Of a DNA stretch of 64,000 nucleotides, positions 9,935 to 21,789 are shown piece after piece. Location of the stretch: assembly GCF_029227855.1 (NCBI RefSeq), contig NZ_CP074356.1. One strand, 5' to 3'. The stretch comes from Escherichia coli (GTDB lineage Bacteria > Pseudomonadota > Gammaproteobacteria > Enterobacterales > Enterobacteriaceae). The notes beneath the pieces are model-generated. The model searched no databases. It had not been told where the DNA came from and was given only the letters and a program-made list of their open reading frames with translations. Position numbers and translations under genes: made by a program. The stretch's first letter is position 1. Each line of letters opens with the position of its first letter.

Positions 9935-9961
9935 AGTCTTCCATCCGTGGAACGCAATTTG

Positions 9962-10582
9962 TTATAAGAAAGGCTTCACATCACCTACGCCTTCACGCAC
10001 CACGACCGGCGTATCATCGGTAAGATCAATAACCGTTGTTGGTTTCTGTCCGAGATAGCCGCCGTGGATAATCAAATCCACCTGTTTTTCCAGACGGTCT
10101 TTAATTTCTTCGGGATCGGATTCGGTAAATTCGCTGCCTGGCAGCATTAGCGAAGTGGAAAGCATCGGTTCGCCCAATGCTTCAAGCAACGCCTGCGCAA
10201 TCGGGTTAGAAGGCACACGCATACCGATGGTTTTGCGTTTTTCCTGCAACAGACGGCGTGGCACCTCCTTCGTCCCTTTCAGGATGAAGGTGTAGTTGCC
10301 CGGCGTGTTGTTTTTCATCAAACGAAACGCAACGTTATCCACGAATGAATAGGTCGAGAGCTCAGAAAGATCGCGACACATCAGGGTAAAGTTGTGACCG
10401 TCCGGCAGCTGGCGAATTCGACAAATACGCTCCATGGCGTTTTTATCTTCAATTTTACAGCCGAGCGCATAGCCGGAATCGGTTGGATAAACAATCACCC
10501 CGCCTTTACGCACGATCTCCACCGCCTGGTTGATCAGTCGTTGCTGCGGGTTATCAGGATGAATATAAAAAAACTGGCTCAT
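9962..10582 (-). CDS. yciO: L-threonylcarbamoyladenylate synthase-like protein YciO (YrdC/Sua5 fold)
   Basis: Start refined to internal Met (MSQFFYIHPDNPQQRL...) giving 206 aa; the ORF-track 218 aa version would overlap yciV by 40 bp. Confidence 0.85.
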   Translation of the reverse strand: MSQFFYIHPDNPQQRLINQAVEIVRKGGVIVYPTDSGYALGCKIEDKNAMERICRIRQLPDGHNFTLMCRDLSELSTYSFVDNVAFRLMKNNTPGNYTFILKGTKEVPRRLLQEKRKTIGMRVPSNPIAQALLEALGEPMLSTSLMLPGSEFTESDPEEIKDRLEKQVDLIIHGGYLGQKPTTVIDLTDDTPVVVREGVGDVKPFL

Positions 10583-11460
10583 AATTCCCTCTCTGTGGTG
10601 TTCTGCGGCTGTTCCCATAGCTGCCAGACGCCTTCAACGCCTGCAGGCAGCCAGAGTTTACGACCCAGTTCAATCCACGGGCACGGCTGATGAAAATCAG
10701 ATCCTTGTGATGCCCATAAATGATGCTGACGCGCAAGTGTCGCCAGCTGGGTGCGTTCATTGGGCGATTGCTGGCACTGCGCGACTTCCATCGCGTCGCC
10801 GTGGTGTTCAGCAAAATGCGCAACCAATCTTTTCAGCCATTTAGCACTAAGATTGTACCGCCCAGGATGAGCTAGCACCGCCTTACCGCCAGAATGATGA
10901 ATGACATCAATAGCTTGTTCTATTGTACACCACTGTGGCGGAACGTATCCGGTTTTCCCGCGCGCCAGATATTTTTTAAAGACATCCGCCATTGAACTGG
11001 CTTTGCCGCACTCCACAAGGAAACGAGCAAAATGACCGCGCGTCACCGCACCGCCCTGCGCCAGTCGTTGCGCGCCTTCCAGCGCACCTGGTATCTGCGC
11101 TTTTTCAAGTCTTTCGGCAATCAGCTGCGCCCGCTGATTGCGCCGTTCTGTCTGCTGCGCGAGGAACTCACACATTAGCGGATGAGTAATATCAATATTC
11201 AGCCCGACAATGTGAATTTCATGATTTTCCCAGACCGTGGAAATTTCCACGCCGGGAATAAGATTCAGCGCCAGTCCCGAACGTGAAATTTCCTCTCTTG
11301 CTGGTGAGATTGCAGCTGTGGTGTCATGGTCGGTGATCGCCAGGGTGCCGACGCGCATCTCGACTGCACGGTGCACCAATGCTTCTGGCGTCAGGCAGCC
11401 ATCGGAAGCTGTGGTATGGCTGTGCAGGTCGTAAATCACTGCGTAATTCGTGTCGCTCAA
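10579..11460 (-). CDS. yciV: PHP-domain phosphoesterase (RNase AM)
   Basis: 293 aa; PHP metal-binding start YDLHSHTTASDG; stop overlaps yciO start by 4 nt. Confidence 0.85.
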   Translation of the reverse strand: MSDTNYAVIYDLHSHTTASDGCLTPEALVHRAVEMRVGTLAITDHDTTAAISPAREEISRSGLALNLIPGVEISTVWENHEIHIVGLNIDITHPLMCEFLAQQTERRNQRAQLIAERLEKAQIPGALEGAQRLAQGGAVTRGHFARFLVECGKASSMADVFKKYLARGKTGYVPPQWCTIEQAIDVIHHSGGKAVLAHPGRYNLSAKWLKRLVAHFAEHHGDAMEVAQCQQSPNERTQLATLARQHHLWASQGSDFHQPCPWIELGRKLWLPAGVEGVWQLWEQPQNTTEREL

Positions 11461-11535
11461 GGCGCACTCCCGTTCTGGATAATGTTTTTTGCGCCGACAT
11501 CATAACGGTTCTGGCAAATATTCTGAAATGAGCTG

Positions 11536-11570
11536 TTGACAATTAATCATCGAACTAGTTAACTAGTACG
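11536..11570 (+). promoter_or_regulatory. trp promoter with TrpR operator
   Basis: TTGACA (11536-11541), 17 bp spacer, TTAACT (11559-11564); operator palindrome CGAACTAGTTAACTAGTACG overlaps the -10. Confidence 0.9.
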
Positions 11571-11597
11571 CAAGTTCACGTAAAAAGGGTATCGACA

Positions 11598-11642
11598 ATG
11601 AAAGCAATTTTCGTACTGAAAGGTTGGTGGCGCACTTCCTGA
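11598..11642 (+). CDS. trpL: trp operon leader peptide (14 aa)
   Basis: atgaaagcaattttcgtactgaaaggttggtggcgcacttcctga = [14 protein letters not shown] with tandem Trp codons; too short for ORF track. Confidence 0.92.
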
Positions 11643-11683
11643 AACGGGCAGTGTATTCACCATGCGTAAAGCAATCAGATACC

Positions 11684-11712
11684 CAGCCCGCCTAATGAGC
11701 GGGCTTTTTTTT
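11684..11712 (+). terminator. trp attenuator (leader terminator)
   Basis: CAGCCCGCCTAATGAGCGGGCT hairpin followed by TTTTTTTT, about 25 bp upstream of trpE. Confidence 0.9.
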
Positions 11713-11733
11713 GAACAAAATTAGAGAATAACA

Positions 11734-13296
11734 ATGCAAACACAAAAACCGACTCTCGAACTGCTAACCTGCGAAGGCGCTTATCGCGACAACCCGACTG
11801 CGCTTTTTCACCAGTTGTGTGGGCATCGTCCAGCAACGCTGCTGCTGGAATCCGCAGATATCGACAGCAAAGATGATTTAAAAAGTCTGCTGCTGATAGA
11901 CAGTGCGCTGCGCATTACAGCATTAGGTGACACTGTCACAATTCAGGCACTTTCCGGCAATGGCGAAGCCCTGCTGGCACTACTGGATAACGCCCTGCCT
12001 GCGGGTGTGGAAAGTGAACAATCACCAAACTGCCGTGTGCTGCGCTTCCCCCCTGTCAGTCCACTGCTGGATGAAGACGCCCGCTTATGCTCCCTTTCGG
12101 TTTTTGACGCTTTCCGCTTATTGCAGAATCTGTTGAATGTACCGAGGGAAGAGCGAGAAGCAATGTTCTTCGGCGGCCTGTTCTCTTATGACCTTGTGGC
12201 GGGATTTGAAGATTTACCACAACTGGCAGCGGAAAATAACTGTCCTGATTTCTGTTTTTATCTCGCTGAAACGCTGATGGTGATTGACCATCAGAAAAAA
12301 AGCACCCGCATTCAGGCCAGTCTTTTTGCTCCGAATGAAGAAGAAAAACAACGTCTCACTGCTCGCCTGAACGATCTTCGCCAGCAACTGACTGAAACCG
12401 CGCCACCGCTGCCGGTGGTTTCCGTGCCGCATATGCGTTGTGAATGTAACCAGAGCGATGAAGAGTTCGGTGGCGTAGTGCGTTTGTTGCAAAAAGCGAT
12501 TCGCGCCGGAGAAATTTTCCAGGTCGTACCATCTCGCCGTTTCTCTCTGCCCTGCCCGTCACCGCTGGCGGCCTATTACGTGCTGAAAAAGAGTAATCCC
12601 AGCCCGTACATGTTTTTTATGCAGGATAATGATTTCACCCTGTTTGGCGCGTCGCCGGAAAGTTCGCTCAAGTATGACGCCACCAGCCGCCAGATTGAGA
12701 TCTACCCCATTGCCGGAACACGTCCACGCGGTCGTCGTGCCGATGGTTCACTGGACAGAGACCTCGACAGCCGCATCGAACTGGAAATGCGTACCGATCA
12801 TAAAGAGCTTTCTGAACATCTGATGCTGGTGGATCTCGCCCGTAATGATCTGGCACGCATTTGCACCCCCGGTAGTCGCTACGTCGCCGATCTCACCAAA
12901 GTTGACCGTTATTCTTATGTGATGCACCTCGTCTCCCGCGTGGTCGGTGAGCTGCGCCACGATCTCGACGCCCTGCACGCTTACCGCGCCTGTATGAATA
13001 TGGGCACGTTAAGCGGCGCGCCGAAAGTGCGCGCCATGCAGTTAATTGCCGAGGCGGAAGGTCGTCGCCGCGGCAGCTACGGCGGCGCAGTAGGTTATTT
13101 CACCGCGCATGGCGATCTCGACACCTGCATTGTGATCCGCTCGGCGCTGGTGGAAAACGGTATCGCCACCGTGCAAGCCGGTGCTGGCGTGGTACTTGAT
13201 TCTGTTCCGCAGTCGGAAGCCGACGAAACCCGTAATAAAGCCCGCGCTGTACTGCGCGCTATTGCCACCGCGCATCATGCACAGGAGACGTTCTGA
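11734..13296 (+). CDS. trpE: anthranilate synthase component I
   Basis: 520 aa [30 protein letters not shown]...; stop overlaps trpD start (TGATG). Confidence 0.97.
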   Translation: MQTQKPTLELLTCEGAYRDNPTALFHQLCGHRPATLLLESADIDSKDDLKSLLLIDSALRITALGDTVTIQALSGNGEALLALLDNALPAGVESEQSPNCRVLRFPPVSPLLDEDARLCSLSVFDAFRLLQNLLNVPREEREAMFFGGLFSYDLVAGFEDLPQLAAENNCPDFCFYLAETLMVIDHQKKSTRIQASLFAPNEEEKQRLTARLNDLRQQLTETAPPLPVVSVPHMRCECNQSDEEFGGVVRLLQKAIRAGEIFQVVPSRRFSLPCPSPLAAYYVLKKSNPSPYMFFMQDNDFTLFGASPESSLKYDATSRQIEIYPIAGTRPRGRRADGSLDRDLDSRIELEMRTDHKELSEHLMLVDLARNDLARICTPGSRYVADLTKVDRYSYVMHLVSRVVGELRHDLDALHAYRACMNMGTLSGAPKVRAMQLIAEAEGRRRGSYGGAVGYFTAHGDLDTCIVIRSALVENGIATVQAGAGVVLDSVPQSEADETRNKARAVLRAIATAHHAQETF

Positions 13297-14891
13297 TGGC
13301 TGACATTCTGCTGCTCGATAATATCGACTCTTTTACTTACAACCTGGCAGATCAGTTGCGCAGCAATGGTCATAACGTGGTGATTTACCGCAACCATATT
13401 CCGGCGCAGACCTTAATTGAACGCCTGGCGACAATGAGCAATCCGGTGCTGATGCTTTCTCCTGGCCCCGGTGTGCCAAGCGAAGCCGGTTGTATGCCAG
13501 AACTCCTCACCCGCCTGCGCGGCAAGCTGCCAATTATTGGCATTTGCCTCGGTCATCAGGCGATTGTCGAAGCTTATGGGGGGTATGTCGGTCAGGCGGG
13601 CGAAATTCTTCACGGTAAAGCGTCGAGTATTGAACATGACGGTCAGGCGATGTTTGCCGGATTAACAAACCCATTGCCAGTGGCGCGTTATCACTCGCTG
13701 GTTGGCAGTAACATTCCGGCCGGTTTAACCATCAACGCCCATTTTAATGGCATGGTGATGGCGGTGCGTCACGATGCAGATCGCGTTTGTGGATTCCAGT
13801 TCCATCCGGAATCCATTCTTACTACCCAGGGTGCTCGCCTGCTGGAACAAACGCTGGCCTGGGCGCAGCAGAAACTGGAACCGACCAACACGCTGCAACC
13901 GATTCTGGAAAAACTGTATCAGGCGCAGACCCTTAGCCAGCAGGAAAGTCACCAGCTGTTTTCAGCGGTGGTACGTGGCGAACTGAAACCGGAACAACTG
14001 GCGGCGGCGCTGGTGAGCATGAAAATTCGCGGCGAGCACCCGAACGAGATCGCCGGAGCAGCAACCGCGCTACTGGAAAATGCCGCGCCGTTCCCGCGCC
14101 CGGATTATCTGTTTGCTGATATCGTCGGTACTGGCGGTGACGGCAGTAACAGCATCAATATTTCTACCGCCAGTGCGTTTGTCGCCGCGGCCTGTGGGCT
14201 GAAAGTGGCGAAACACGGCAACCGTAGCGTCTCCAGTAAATCCGGCTCGTCGGATCTGCTGGCGGCGTTCGGTATTAATCTTGATATGAACGCCGATAAA
14301 TCGCGCCAGGCGCTGGATGAGTTAGGCGTCTGTTTCCTCTTTGCGCCGAAATATCACACCGGATTCCGCCACGCGATGCCGGTTCGCCAACAACTGAAAA
14401 CCCGCACCCTGTTCAATGTGCTGGGGCCATTGATTAACCCGGCGCATCCGCCGCTGGCGCTAATTGGTGTTTATAGTCCGGAACTGGTGCTGCCGATTGC
14501 CGAAACCTTGCGCGTGCTGGGGTATCAACGCGCTGCGGTAGTGCACAGCGGCGGGATGGATGAAGTTTCATTACACGCGCCGACAATCGTTGCCGAACTG
14601 CATGACGGTGAAATTAAGAGCTATCAGCTAACTGCAGAAGATTTTGGCCTGACACCCTACCACCAGGAGCAACTGGCAGGCGGAACACCGGAAGAAAACC
14701 GTGACATTTTAACACGCTTGTTACAAGGTAAAGGCGACGCCGCCCATGAAGCAGCCGTCGCGGCGAACGTCGCCATGTTAATGCGCCTGCATGGCCATGA
14801 AGATCTGCAAGCCAATGCGCAAACCGTTCTTGAGGTACTGCGCAGTGGTTCCGCTTACGACAGAGTCACCGCACTGGCGGCACGAGGGTAA
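13296..14891 (+). CDS. trpD: bifunctional anthranilate synthase component II / anthranilate phosphoribosyltransferase
   Basis: 531 aa; N-terminal glutamine amidotransferase (GICLGHQ), C-terminal PRTase. Confidence 0.97.
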   Translation: MADILLLDNIDSFTYNLADQLRSNGHNVVIYRNHIPAQTLIERLATMSNPVLMLSPGPGVPSEAGCMPELLTRLRGKLPIIGICLGHQAIVEAYGGYVGQAGEILHGKASSIEHDGQAMFAGLTNPLPVARYHSLVGSNIPAGLTINAHFNGMVMAVRHDADRVCGFQFHPESILTTQGARLLEQTLAWAQQKLEPTNTLQPILEKLYQAQTLSQQESHQLFSAVVRGELKPEQLAAALVSMKIRGEHPNEIAGAATALLENAAPFPRPDYLFADIVGTGGDGSNSINISTASAFVAAACGLKVAKHGNRSVSSKSGSSDLLAAFGINLDMNADKSRQALDELGVCFLFAPKYHTGFRHAMPVRQQLKTRTLFNVLGPLINPAHPPLALIGVYSPELVLPIAETLRVLGYQRAAVVHSGGMDEVSLHAPTIVAELHDGEIKSYQLTAEDFGLTPYHQEQLAGGTPEENRDILTRLLQGKGDAAHEAAVAANVAMLMRLHGHEDLQANAQTVLEVLRSGSAYDRVTALAARG

Positions 14892-16253
14892 ATGATGCAA
14901 ACCGTTTTAGCGAAAATCGTCGCAGACAAGGCGATTTGGGTAGAAACCCGCAAACAGCAGCAACCGCTGGCCAGTTTTCAGAATGAGGTTCAGCCGAGCA
15001 CGCGACATTTTTATGATGCACTTCAGGGCGCACGCACGGCGTTTATTCTGGAGTGTAAAAAAGCGTCGCCGTCAAAAGGCGTGATCCGTGATGATTTCGA
15101 TCCGGCACGCATTGCCGCCATTTATAAACATTACGCTTCGGCAATTTCGGTGCTGACTGATGAGAAATATTTTCAGGGGAGCTTTGATTTCCTCCCCATC
15201 GTCAGCCAAATCGCCCCGCAGCCGATTTTATGTAAAGACTTCATTATCGATCCTTACCAGATCTATCTGGCGCGCTATTACCAGGCCGATGCCTGCTTAT
15301 TAATGCTTTCAGTACTGGATGACGAACAATATCGCCAGCTTGCTGCCGTCGCCCACAGTCTGGAGATGGGTGTGCTGACCGAAGTCAGTAATGAAGAGGA
15401 ACTGGAGCGTGCCATTGCATTGGGGGCAAAGGTCGTTGGCATCAACAACCGCGATCTGCGTGATTTGTCGATTGATCTCAACCGTACCCGCGAGCTTGCG
15501 CCGAAACTGGGGCACAACGTGACGGTAATCAGCGAATCCGGCATCAATACTTACGCTCAGGTGCGCGAGTTAAGCCACTTCGCTAACGGTTTTCTGATTG
15601 GTTCGGCGTTGATGGCCCATGACGATTTGAACGCCGCCGTGCGCCGGGTGTTGCTTGGTGAGAATAAAGTGTGTGGCCTGACGCGTGGGCAAGATGCTAA
15701 AGCAGCTTATGACGCGGGCGCGATTTACGGTGGGTTGATTTTTGTTACAACGTCACCGCGTTGCGTCAGCGTTGAACAGGCGCAGGAAGTGATGGCTGCG
15801 GCACCGTTGCAATACGTTGGCGTATTCCGCAATCACGATATTGCCGATGTGGTGGACAAAGCTAACGCGTTATCGCTGGCAGCAGTGCAACTGCATGGTA
15901 ATGAAGATCAGCAATATATCGACGCACTGCGTGACGTGCTGCCCGCAAACGTTGCCATCTGGAAAGCATTGAGCGTCGGTGAAACTCTTCCCGCACGCGA
16001 TTTTCAGCACGTCGATAAATATGTTTTCGACAACGGCCAGGGTGGTAGCGGGCAACGTTTCGACTGGTCACTGTTAAACGGTCAATCGCTTGGCAACGTT
16101 CTGCTGGCGGGGGGCTTAGGCGCAGATAACTGCGTGGAAGCGGCACAAACCGGCTGCGCCGGACTTGATTTTAATTCTGCTGTAGAGTCACAACCGGGTA
16201 TAAAAGACGCACATCTTTTGGCCTCGGTTTTCCAGACGCTGCGCGCATATTAA
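14892..16253 (+). CDS. trpC: bifunctional indole-3-glycerol-phosphate synthase / phosphoribosylanthranilate isomerase
   Basis: 453 aa [16 protein letters not shown]...; begins immediately after the trpD stop. Confidence 0.97.
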   Translation: MMQTVLAKIVADKAIWVETRKQQQPLASFQNEVQPSTRHFYDALQGARTAFILECKKASPSKGVIRDDFDPARIAAIYKHYASAISVLTDEKYFQGSFDFLPIVSQIAPQPILCKDFIIDPYQIYLARYYQADACLLMLSVLDDEQYRQLAAVAHSLEMGVLTEVSNEEELERAIALGAKVVGINNRDLRDLSIDLNRTRELAPKLGHNVTVISESGINTYAQVRELSHFANGFLIGSALMAHDDLNAAVRRVLLGENKVCGLTRGQDAKAAYDAGAIYGGLIFVTTSPRCVSVEQAQEVMAAAPLQYVGVFRNHDIADVVDKANALSLAAVQLHGNEDQQYIDALRDVLPANVAIWKALSVGETLPARDFQHVDKYVFDNGQGGSGQRFDWSLLNGQSLGNVLLAGGLGADNCVEAAQTGCAGLDFNSAVESQPGIKDAHLLASVFQTLRAY

Positions 16254-16264
16254 GGAAAGGAACA

Positions 16265-17458
16265 ATGACAACATTACTTAACCCCTATTTTGGTGAGTTT
16301 GGCGGCATGTACGTGCCACAAATCCTGATGCCTGCTCTGCGCCAGCTGGAAGAAGCTTTTGTCAGCGCGCAAAAAGATCCTGAATTTCAGGCCCAGTTCA
16401 ACGACCTGTTGAAAAACTATGCCGGGCGTCCAACCGCACTGACCAAATGCCAGAACATTACGGCTGGGACGAACACTACGCTGTATCTTAAGCGCGAAGA
16501 TTTACTGCACGGCGGCGCGCATAAAACTAACCAGGTGCTCGGTCAGGCTTTACTGGCGAAGCGGATGGGTAAAACCGAAATCATCGCCGAAACCGGTGCC
16601 GGTCAGCATGGCGTGGCGTCGGCCCTTGCCAGTGCCCTGCTCGGCCTGAAATGCCGTATTTATATGGGTGCCAAAGACGTTGAACGCCAGTCGCCAAACG
16701 TTTTTCGTATGCGCTTAATGGGTGCGGAAGTGATCCCGGTACATAGCGGTTCCGCGACGCTGAAAGATGCCTGTAACGAGGCGCTACGCGACTGGTCCGG
16801 CAGTTATGAAACCGCGCACTATATGCTGGGCACCGCAGCTGGCCCGCATCCTTACCCGACCATTGTGCGTGAGTTTCAGCGAATGATTGGCGAAGAAACG
16901 AAAGCGCAGATTCTGGAAAGAGAAGGTCGCCTGCCGGATGCGGTTATCGCTTGTGTTGGCGGCGGTTCAAATGCCATCGGCATGTTTGCTGATTTCATCA
17001 ACGAAACCGACGTCGGCCTGATTGGTGTCGAACCAGGCGGTCACGGTATCGAAACTGGCGAGCACGGCGCACCGTTAAAACACGGTCGCGTGGGCATCTA
17101 TTTCGGTATGAAAGCGCCGATGATGCAAACCGAAGACGGGCAGATTGAAGAATCTTACTCCATCTCCGCCGGACTGGATTTCCCGTCTGTCGGCCCACAA
17201 CACGCGTATCTTAACAGCACTGGACGCGCTGATTACGTGTCAATTACCGATGATGAAGCACTGGAAGCCTTCAAAACGCTGTGCCTGTACGAAGGGATCA
17301 TCCCGGCGCTGGAATCCTCCCACGCCCTGGCCCATGCGCTGAAAATGATGCGCGAAAACCCGGAAAAAGAGCAGCTACTGGTGGTTAACCTTTCCGGTCG
17401 CGGCGATAAAGACATCTTCACCGTTCACGATATTTTGAAAGCACGAGGGGAAATCTGA
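16265..17458 (+). CDS. trpB: tryptophan synthase beta subunit
   Basis: 397 aa; PLP-lysine region [11 protein letters not shown]; stop overlaps trpA start. Confidence 0.97.
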   Translation: MTTLLNPYFGEFGGMYVPQILMPALRQLEEAFVSAQKDPEFQAQFNDLLKNYAGRPTALTKCQNITAGTNTTLYLKREDLLHGGAHKTNQVLGQALLAKRMGKTEIIAETGAGQHGVASALASALLGLKCRIYMGAKDVERQSPNVFRMRLMGAEVIPVHSGSATLKDACNEALRDWSGSYETAHYMLGTAAGPHPYPTIVREFQRMIGEETKAQILEREGRLPDAVIACVGGGSNAIGMFADFINETDVGLIGVEPGGHGIETGEHGAPLKHGRVGIYFGMKAPMMQTEDGQIEESYSISAGLDFPSVGPQHAYLNSTGRADYVSITDDEALEAFKTLCLYEGIIPALESSHALAHALKMMRENPEKEQLLVVNLSGRGDKDIFTVHDILKARGEI

Positions 17459-18264
17459 TGCAACGCTACGAATCTCTGTTTGCCCAGTTGAAGGAGCGCA
17501 AAGAAGGCGCATTCGTTCCTTTCGTCACCCTCGGTGATCCGGGCATTGAGCAGTCGCTGAAAATTATCGACACGCTAATTGAAGCCGGTGCTGACGCGCT
17601 GGAGTTAGGTATCCCCTTCTCCGACCCACTGGCGGATGGCCCGACGATTCAAAACGCCACACTGCGTGCCTTTGCGGCAGGTGTGACCCCGGCACAGTGC
17701 TTTGAGATGCTGGCACTGATTCGCCAGAAGCACCCGACCATTCCCATCGGCCTTTTGATGTATGCCAACCTGGTGTTTAACAAAGGCATTGATGAGTTTT
17801 ATGCCCAGTGCGAGAAAGTCGGCGTCGATTCGGTGCTGGTTGCCGATGTGCCAGTGGAAGAGTCCGCTCCCTTCCGCCAGGCCGCGTTGCGTCATAATGT
17901 CGCACCTATCTTTATTTGCCCGCCGAATGCCGACGATGATTTGCTGCGCCAGATAGCCTCCTACGGTCGTGGATACACCTATTTATTGTCACGTGCGGGC
18001 GTGACCGGCGCAGAAAACCGCGCCGCGTTACCCCTCAATCATCTGGTCACGAAGCTGAAAGAGTACAATGCTGCGCCTCCATTGCAGGGCTTTGGTATTT
18101 CCGCCCCGGATCAGGTAAAAGCAGCGATTGATGCAGGAGCTGCGGGCGCGATTTCTGGTTCGGCCATTGTTAAAATCATCGAGCAACATATTAATGAGCC
18201 AGAGAAAATGCTGGCGGCACTGAAAGCTTTTGTACAACCGATGAAAGCGGCGACGCGCAGTTAA
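17458..18264 (+). CDS. trpA: tryptophan synthase alpha subunit
   Basis: 268 aa [28 protein letters not shown]... Confidence 0.97.
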   Translation: MQRYESLFAQLKERKEGAFVPFVTLGDPGIEQSLKIIDTLIEAGADALELGIPFSDPLADGPTIQNATLRAFAAGVTPAQCFEMLALIRQKHPTIPIGLLMYANLVFNKGIDEFYAQCEKVGVDSVLVADVPVEESAPFRQAALRHNVAPIFICPPNADDDLLRQIASYGRGYTYLLSRAGVTGAENRAALPLNHLVTKLKEYNAAPPLQGFGISAPDQVKAAIDAGAAGAISGSAIVKIIEQHINEPEKMLAALKAFVQPMKAATRS

Positions 18265-18270
18265 TCCCAC

Positions 18271-18297
18271 AGCCGCCAGTACCGCTGGCGGCATTTT
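18271..18297 (+). terminator. trp operon terminator (trp t)
   Basis: AGCCGCCAGTACCGCTGGCGGC hairpin plus TTTT directly after the trpA stop. Confidence 0.85.
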
Positions 18298-18644
18298 AAC
18301 TTTCTTTAACGAAGCCGGAAAAATCCTAAATTCATTTTATATTTATCTTTTTACCGTTTCGCTTACCCCTGTCGAACGTCAACTTACGTTATTTTTCCGC
18401 CCAACAGTAATATAATCAAACAAATTAATCCCGCAACATAACACCAGTAAAATAAATAATTTTCTCTAAGTCACTTATTCCTCAGGCAATTGTTAATATA
18501 TCCAGAACGTTCCTCATAATATATTTTCCCACTTTCTTCTCGTTACGCTTAATTTGACTAATTCTCATTAGCGACTAATTTTAATGAGTGTCGACACACA
18601 ACACTCATATTAATCAAACAATGCAACGCAACGGGAGAAATAAC

Positions 18645-18824
18645 ATGGCCGAACATCGTGGTGGTTCAGGAAATTTCGCCGAAGACCGTGAGAAGGCATC
18701 CGACGCAGGCCGTAAAGGCGGTCAGCATAGCGGCGGTAATTTTAAAAATGATCCGCAACGCGCATCTGAAGCGGGTAAAAAAGGCGGTCAACAAAGCGGT
18801 GGTAATAAATCAGGCAAATCCTGA
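18645..18824 (+). CDS. yciG: KGG-repeat general stress protein YciG (59 aa)
   Basis: Start refined to internal ATG with SD GGGAGA: MAEHRGGSGNFAEDREKASDAGRKGGQHSGGNFKNDPQRASEAGKKGGQQSGGNKSGKS. Confidence 0.8.
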   Translation: MAEHRGGSGNFAEDREKASDAGRKGGQHSGGNFKNDPQRASEAGKKGGQQSGGNKSGKS

Positions 18825-18909
18825 TTCACCGTTAATTATTAATATCAGCTGATAAAGATAATTTCATCTGCGGGCCGTATGGCTCGCAGTGATTCCACTG
18901 GAGAAAAAT

Positions 18910-19410
18910 ATGAATATGAAGACCATTGAAGATGTATTTATTCACCTGCTTTCAGATACCTACAGCGCAGAAAAACAATTAACCCGTGCACTGGCAAAAC
19001 TCGCTAGAGCAACATCAAACGAAAAATTAAGTCAGGCTTTTCATGCGCACCTCGAGGAAACCCATGGACAGATTGAACGAATTGATCAAGTTGTGGAATC
19101 TGAATCGAACCTGAAAATTAAGCGCATGAAATGTGTGGCAATGGAAGGTCTCATTGAAGAAGCTAATGAGGTTATCGAAAGCACCGAGAAAAACGAAGTG
19201 CGTGATGCCGCACTGATTGCCGCAGCGCAGAAAGTCGAGCACTATGAGATCGCCAGTTACGGGACATTAGCGACGCTGGCTGAACAATTAGGTTACCGTA
19301 AAGCAGCGAAGCTTCTGAAAGAAACTCTTGAAGAAGAAAAGGCCACCGACATCAAACTGACTGATCTGGCACTTAATAACGTAAATAAGAAAGCCGAAAA
19401 TAAAGCCTGA
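18910..19410 (+). CDS. yciF: DUF892 ferritin-like stress protein YciF
   Basis: Start refined to MNMKTIEDVFIHLLSDTYSAEKQ (166 aa). Confidence 0.85.
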   Translation: MNMKTIEDVFIHLLSDTYSAEKQLTRALAKLARATSNEKLSQAFHAHLEETHGQIERIDQVVESESNLKIKRMKCVAMEGLIEEANEVIESTEKNEVRDAALIAAAQKVEHYEIASYGTLATLAEQLGYRKAAKLLKETLEEEKATDIKLTDLALNNVNKKAENKA

Positions 19411-19455
19411 AATATGAATTTTCACTTTTAGTCATTTTATAAAGAGGACATTTTC

Positions 19456-19962
19456 ATGAATCGTATTGAACATTATCATGACTGGTTACGTGACGCCCAC
19501 GCAATGGAAAAGCAAGCCGAATCTATGCTTGAATCCATGGCCAGTCGTATAGATAATTATCCTGAACTACGCGCTCGTATTGAACAACATCTTAGTGAAA
19601 CCAAAAACCAGATTATTCAACTGGAAACTATTCTTGATCGTAATGACATTTCACGTTCAGTCATTAAAGATTCCATGAGTAAAATGGCTGCGCTTGGGCA
19701 GTCAATCGGTGGTATATTCCCTTCTGATGAAATAGTCAAAGGCTCTATTAGCGGATATGTCTTCGAGCAATTTGAAATCGCCTGTTACACCTCACTATTA
19801 GCAGCAGCAAAAAATGCCGGTGATACAGCTTCAATTCCAACCATCGAAGCGATTTTAAATGAGGAAAAGCAAATGGCCGACTGGCTGATTCAGCATATTC
19901 CGCAAACAACTGAGAAATTTTTAATTCGCTCTGAAACTGATGGCGTAGAAGCGAAGAAATAA
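19456..19962 (+). CDS. yciE: DUF892 ferritin-like stress protein YciE
   Basis: 168 aa, paralog-like to yciF; last gene of yciGFE cluster. Confidence 0.85.
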   Translation: MNRIEHYHDWLRDAHAMEKQAESMLESMASRIDNYPELRARIEQHLSETKNQIIQLETILDRNDISRSVIKDSMSKMAALGQSIGGIFPSDEIVKGSISGYVFEQFEIACYTSLLAAAKNAGDTASIPTIEAILNEEKQMADWLIQHIPQTTEKFLIRSETDGVEAKK

Positions 19963-19986
19963 TACCCTTTATGCCATGTCCTTATT

Positions 19987-20013
19987 GACCCCGTATATTA
20001 CGGGGTCGTTTTT
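19987..20013 (+). terminator. yciGFE terminator
   Basis: GACCCCG-TATATTA-CGGGGTC hairpin followed by GTTTTT. Confidence 0.7.
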
Positions 20014-20021
20014 GTGCAGAA

Positions 20022-20660
20022 TTAAAAACGATATCCTGCTGAGAACATAAACACCCACGGATCGAGGCGTACGCTATCGTGTTGCTGTGCACCGCCCAGC
20101 TTATAATTGGCGGTGGTATCAATATCCATGTACCACACTGACATGTTAACCAACCAGTCACGGTTAATCAGATAATCAACCCCCACCTGCCCGGCAGCTC
20201 CCCAGGAATCTTTCAGACTGAGATCGGAAAGCCCCGCCTCTTTGCCATGATCGTTAAATCCATTATCAAAGAAGGTGGTGTAGTTAATACCTGCCCCAAC
20301 GTAAGGACGGAATTTGCTGCTGGCATCACCAAAATACCACTGCGCCATCAGTGTTGGCGGCAGATGATGAACGGTTGCAATATCGCCGGTCGCCCGGGTG
20401 CCGATTTTATGGCGGAACGGCGTCGCTGCCAGCAATTCCACACCAATGTTATCGGTCGCCATATAAGTAAACGTCAGGCCCAGTTGCGTGTTATTGGTCA
20501 CGCTGAATCCACCCAGACTTCCTAACGTACCACCAGCACCTTCTGTTGGACGTACGGTTGCAGAACCTGCACGCATAAAAAATTCGCCTGCTTCATGCGC
20601 AAAGGCACTGCCAGAGAGAAGAGTTGTTACTGCCAAAGCCGCCACTGTTAACTTTTTCAT
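20022..20660 (-). CDS. ompW: outer membrane protein W
   Basis: 212 aa; signal peptide MKKLTVAALAVTTLLSGSAFA; beta-barrel ending in Phe (..AGYRF). Confidence 0.92.
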   Translation of the reverse strand: MKKLTVAALAVTTLLSGSAFAHEAGEFFMRAGSATVRPTEGAGGTLGSLGGFSVTNNTQLGLTFTYMATDNIGVELLAATPFRHKIGTRATGDIATVHHLPPTLMAQWYFGDASSKFRPYVGAGINYTTFFDNGFNDHGKEAGLSDLSLKDSWGAAGQVGVDYLINRDWLVNMSVWYMDIDTTANYKLGGAQQHDSVRLDPWVFMFSAGYRF

Positions 20661-20808
20661 ATCCGCTCCGTCGTTATGGTTATAAAAACGTGACGAATAT
20701 ACCTACATTGGAGTAACAAATGATCCTACATAGATCACATTACATATGATAATTCACCCTTTATTGATCTGGATTAATTTAGAAGTTGCATTGAGAATCC
20801 TGGTTAAC

Positions 20809-20822
20809 GTGATTTAAATCAA
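20809..20822. promoter_or_regulatory. candidate FNR/CRP-type site upstream of ompW
   Basis: GTGATttaaATCAA matches TTGAT-N4-ATCAA at 9 of 10 positions; about 150 bp upstream of the ompW start; ompW is known to be FNR-regulated. Confidence 0.4.
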
Positions 20823-21016
20823 TTTTTAAATATTTTCGCTACGCAAATATTAACTCGTTCGCCACTTGCCGCGGTTTGCCCACGCCTGAAGGCCAGCAAT
20901 TACCTCCGCTTTACAAAGATATGCTTTTCCATACAAGACCTGATGCTGCCACCCGAGGCTTAACCAGGGTACAATTGCCCGCTAATTAACACCTGCATAA
21001 AACTCAAGGAGAGTGC

Positions 21017-21760
21017 ATGTCTATCACGGCGCAGTCCGTATACCGTGACACCGGAAATTTCTTCCGTAATCAATTTATGACCATTCTGTTGGTATCGTTG
21101 CTATGTGCGTTTATCACAGTGGTGTTAGGGCATGTTTTCTCACCCAGTGATGCACAGCTTGCGCAGCTCAATGACGGCGTGCCCGTTAGCGGCAGTAGTG
21201 GGTTGTTCGACCTGGTTCAGAATATGTCACCGGAACAGCAACAAATTTTGCTGCAGGCTTCAGCGGCGTCCACTTTTTCAGGATTAATCGGTAACGCCAT
21301 TCTCGCCGGAGGCGTAATATTAATTATCCAGCTGGTGTCTGCGGGTCAGAGAGTCAGTGCGCTGCGAGGTATTGGTGCCTGTGCGCCGATATTGCCAAAG
21401 TTATTTATTCTGATTTTTCTGACTACCCTTTTAGTACAGATTGGCATCATGCTGGTGGTCGTTCCGGGAATTATCATGGCTATTTTACTGGCCCTGGCAC
21501 CGGTGATGTTGGTACAGGACAAAATGGGCGTTTTTGCCTCGATGCGTAGCAGTATGCGGCTGACTTGGGCGAATATGCGTCTGGTGGCACCCGCAGTACT
21601 GAGCTGGTTGCTGGCAAAAACACTGTTGCTGCTTTTTGCCTCTTCTTTTGCCGCATTAACCCCGGAAATTGGTGCCGTACTGGCGAACACCTTGAGCAAC
21701 CTGATTTCAGCCGTACTGCTCATCTATCTGTTCCGCCTGTATATGTTGATTCGCCAATAA
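21017..21760 (+). CDS. yciC: UPF0259 inner membrane protein YciC
   Basis: 247 aa, multiple TM helices. Confidence 0.85.
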   Translation: MSITAQSVYRDTGNFFRNQFMTILLVSLLCAFITVVLGHVFSPSDAQLAQLNDGVPVSGSSGLFDLVQNMSPEQQQILLQASAASTFSGLIGNAILAGGVILIIQLVSAGQRVSALRGIGACAPILPKLFILIFLTTLLVQIGIMLVVVPGIIMAILLALAPVMLVQDKMGVFASMRSSMRLTWANMRLVAPAVLSWLLAKTLLLLFASSFAALTPEIGAVLANTLSNLISAVLLIYLFRLYMLIRQ

Positions 21761-21789
21761 CCTTAAGCATTTGATTACGGAATCGTAAA

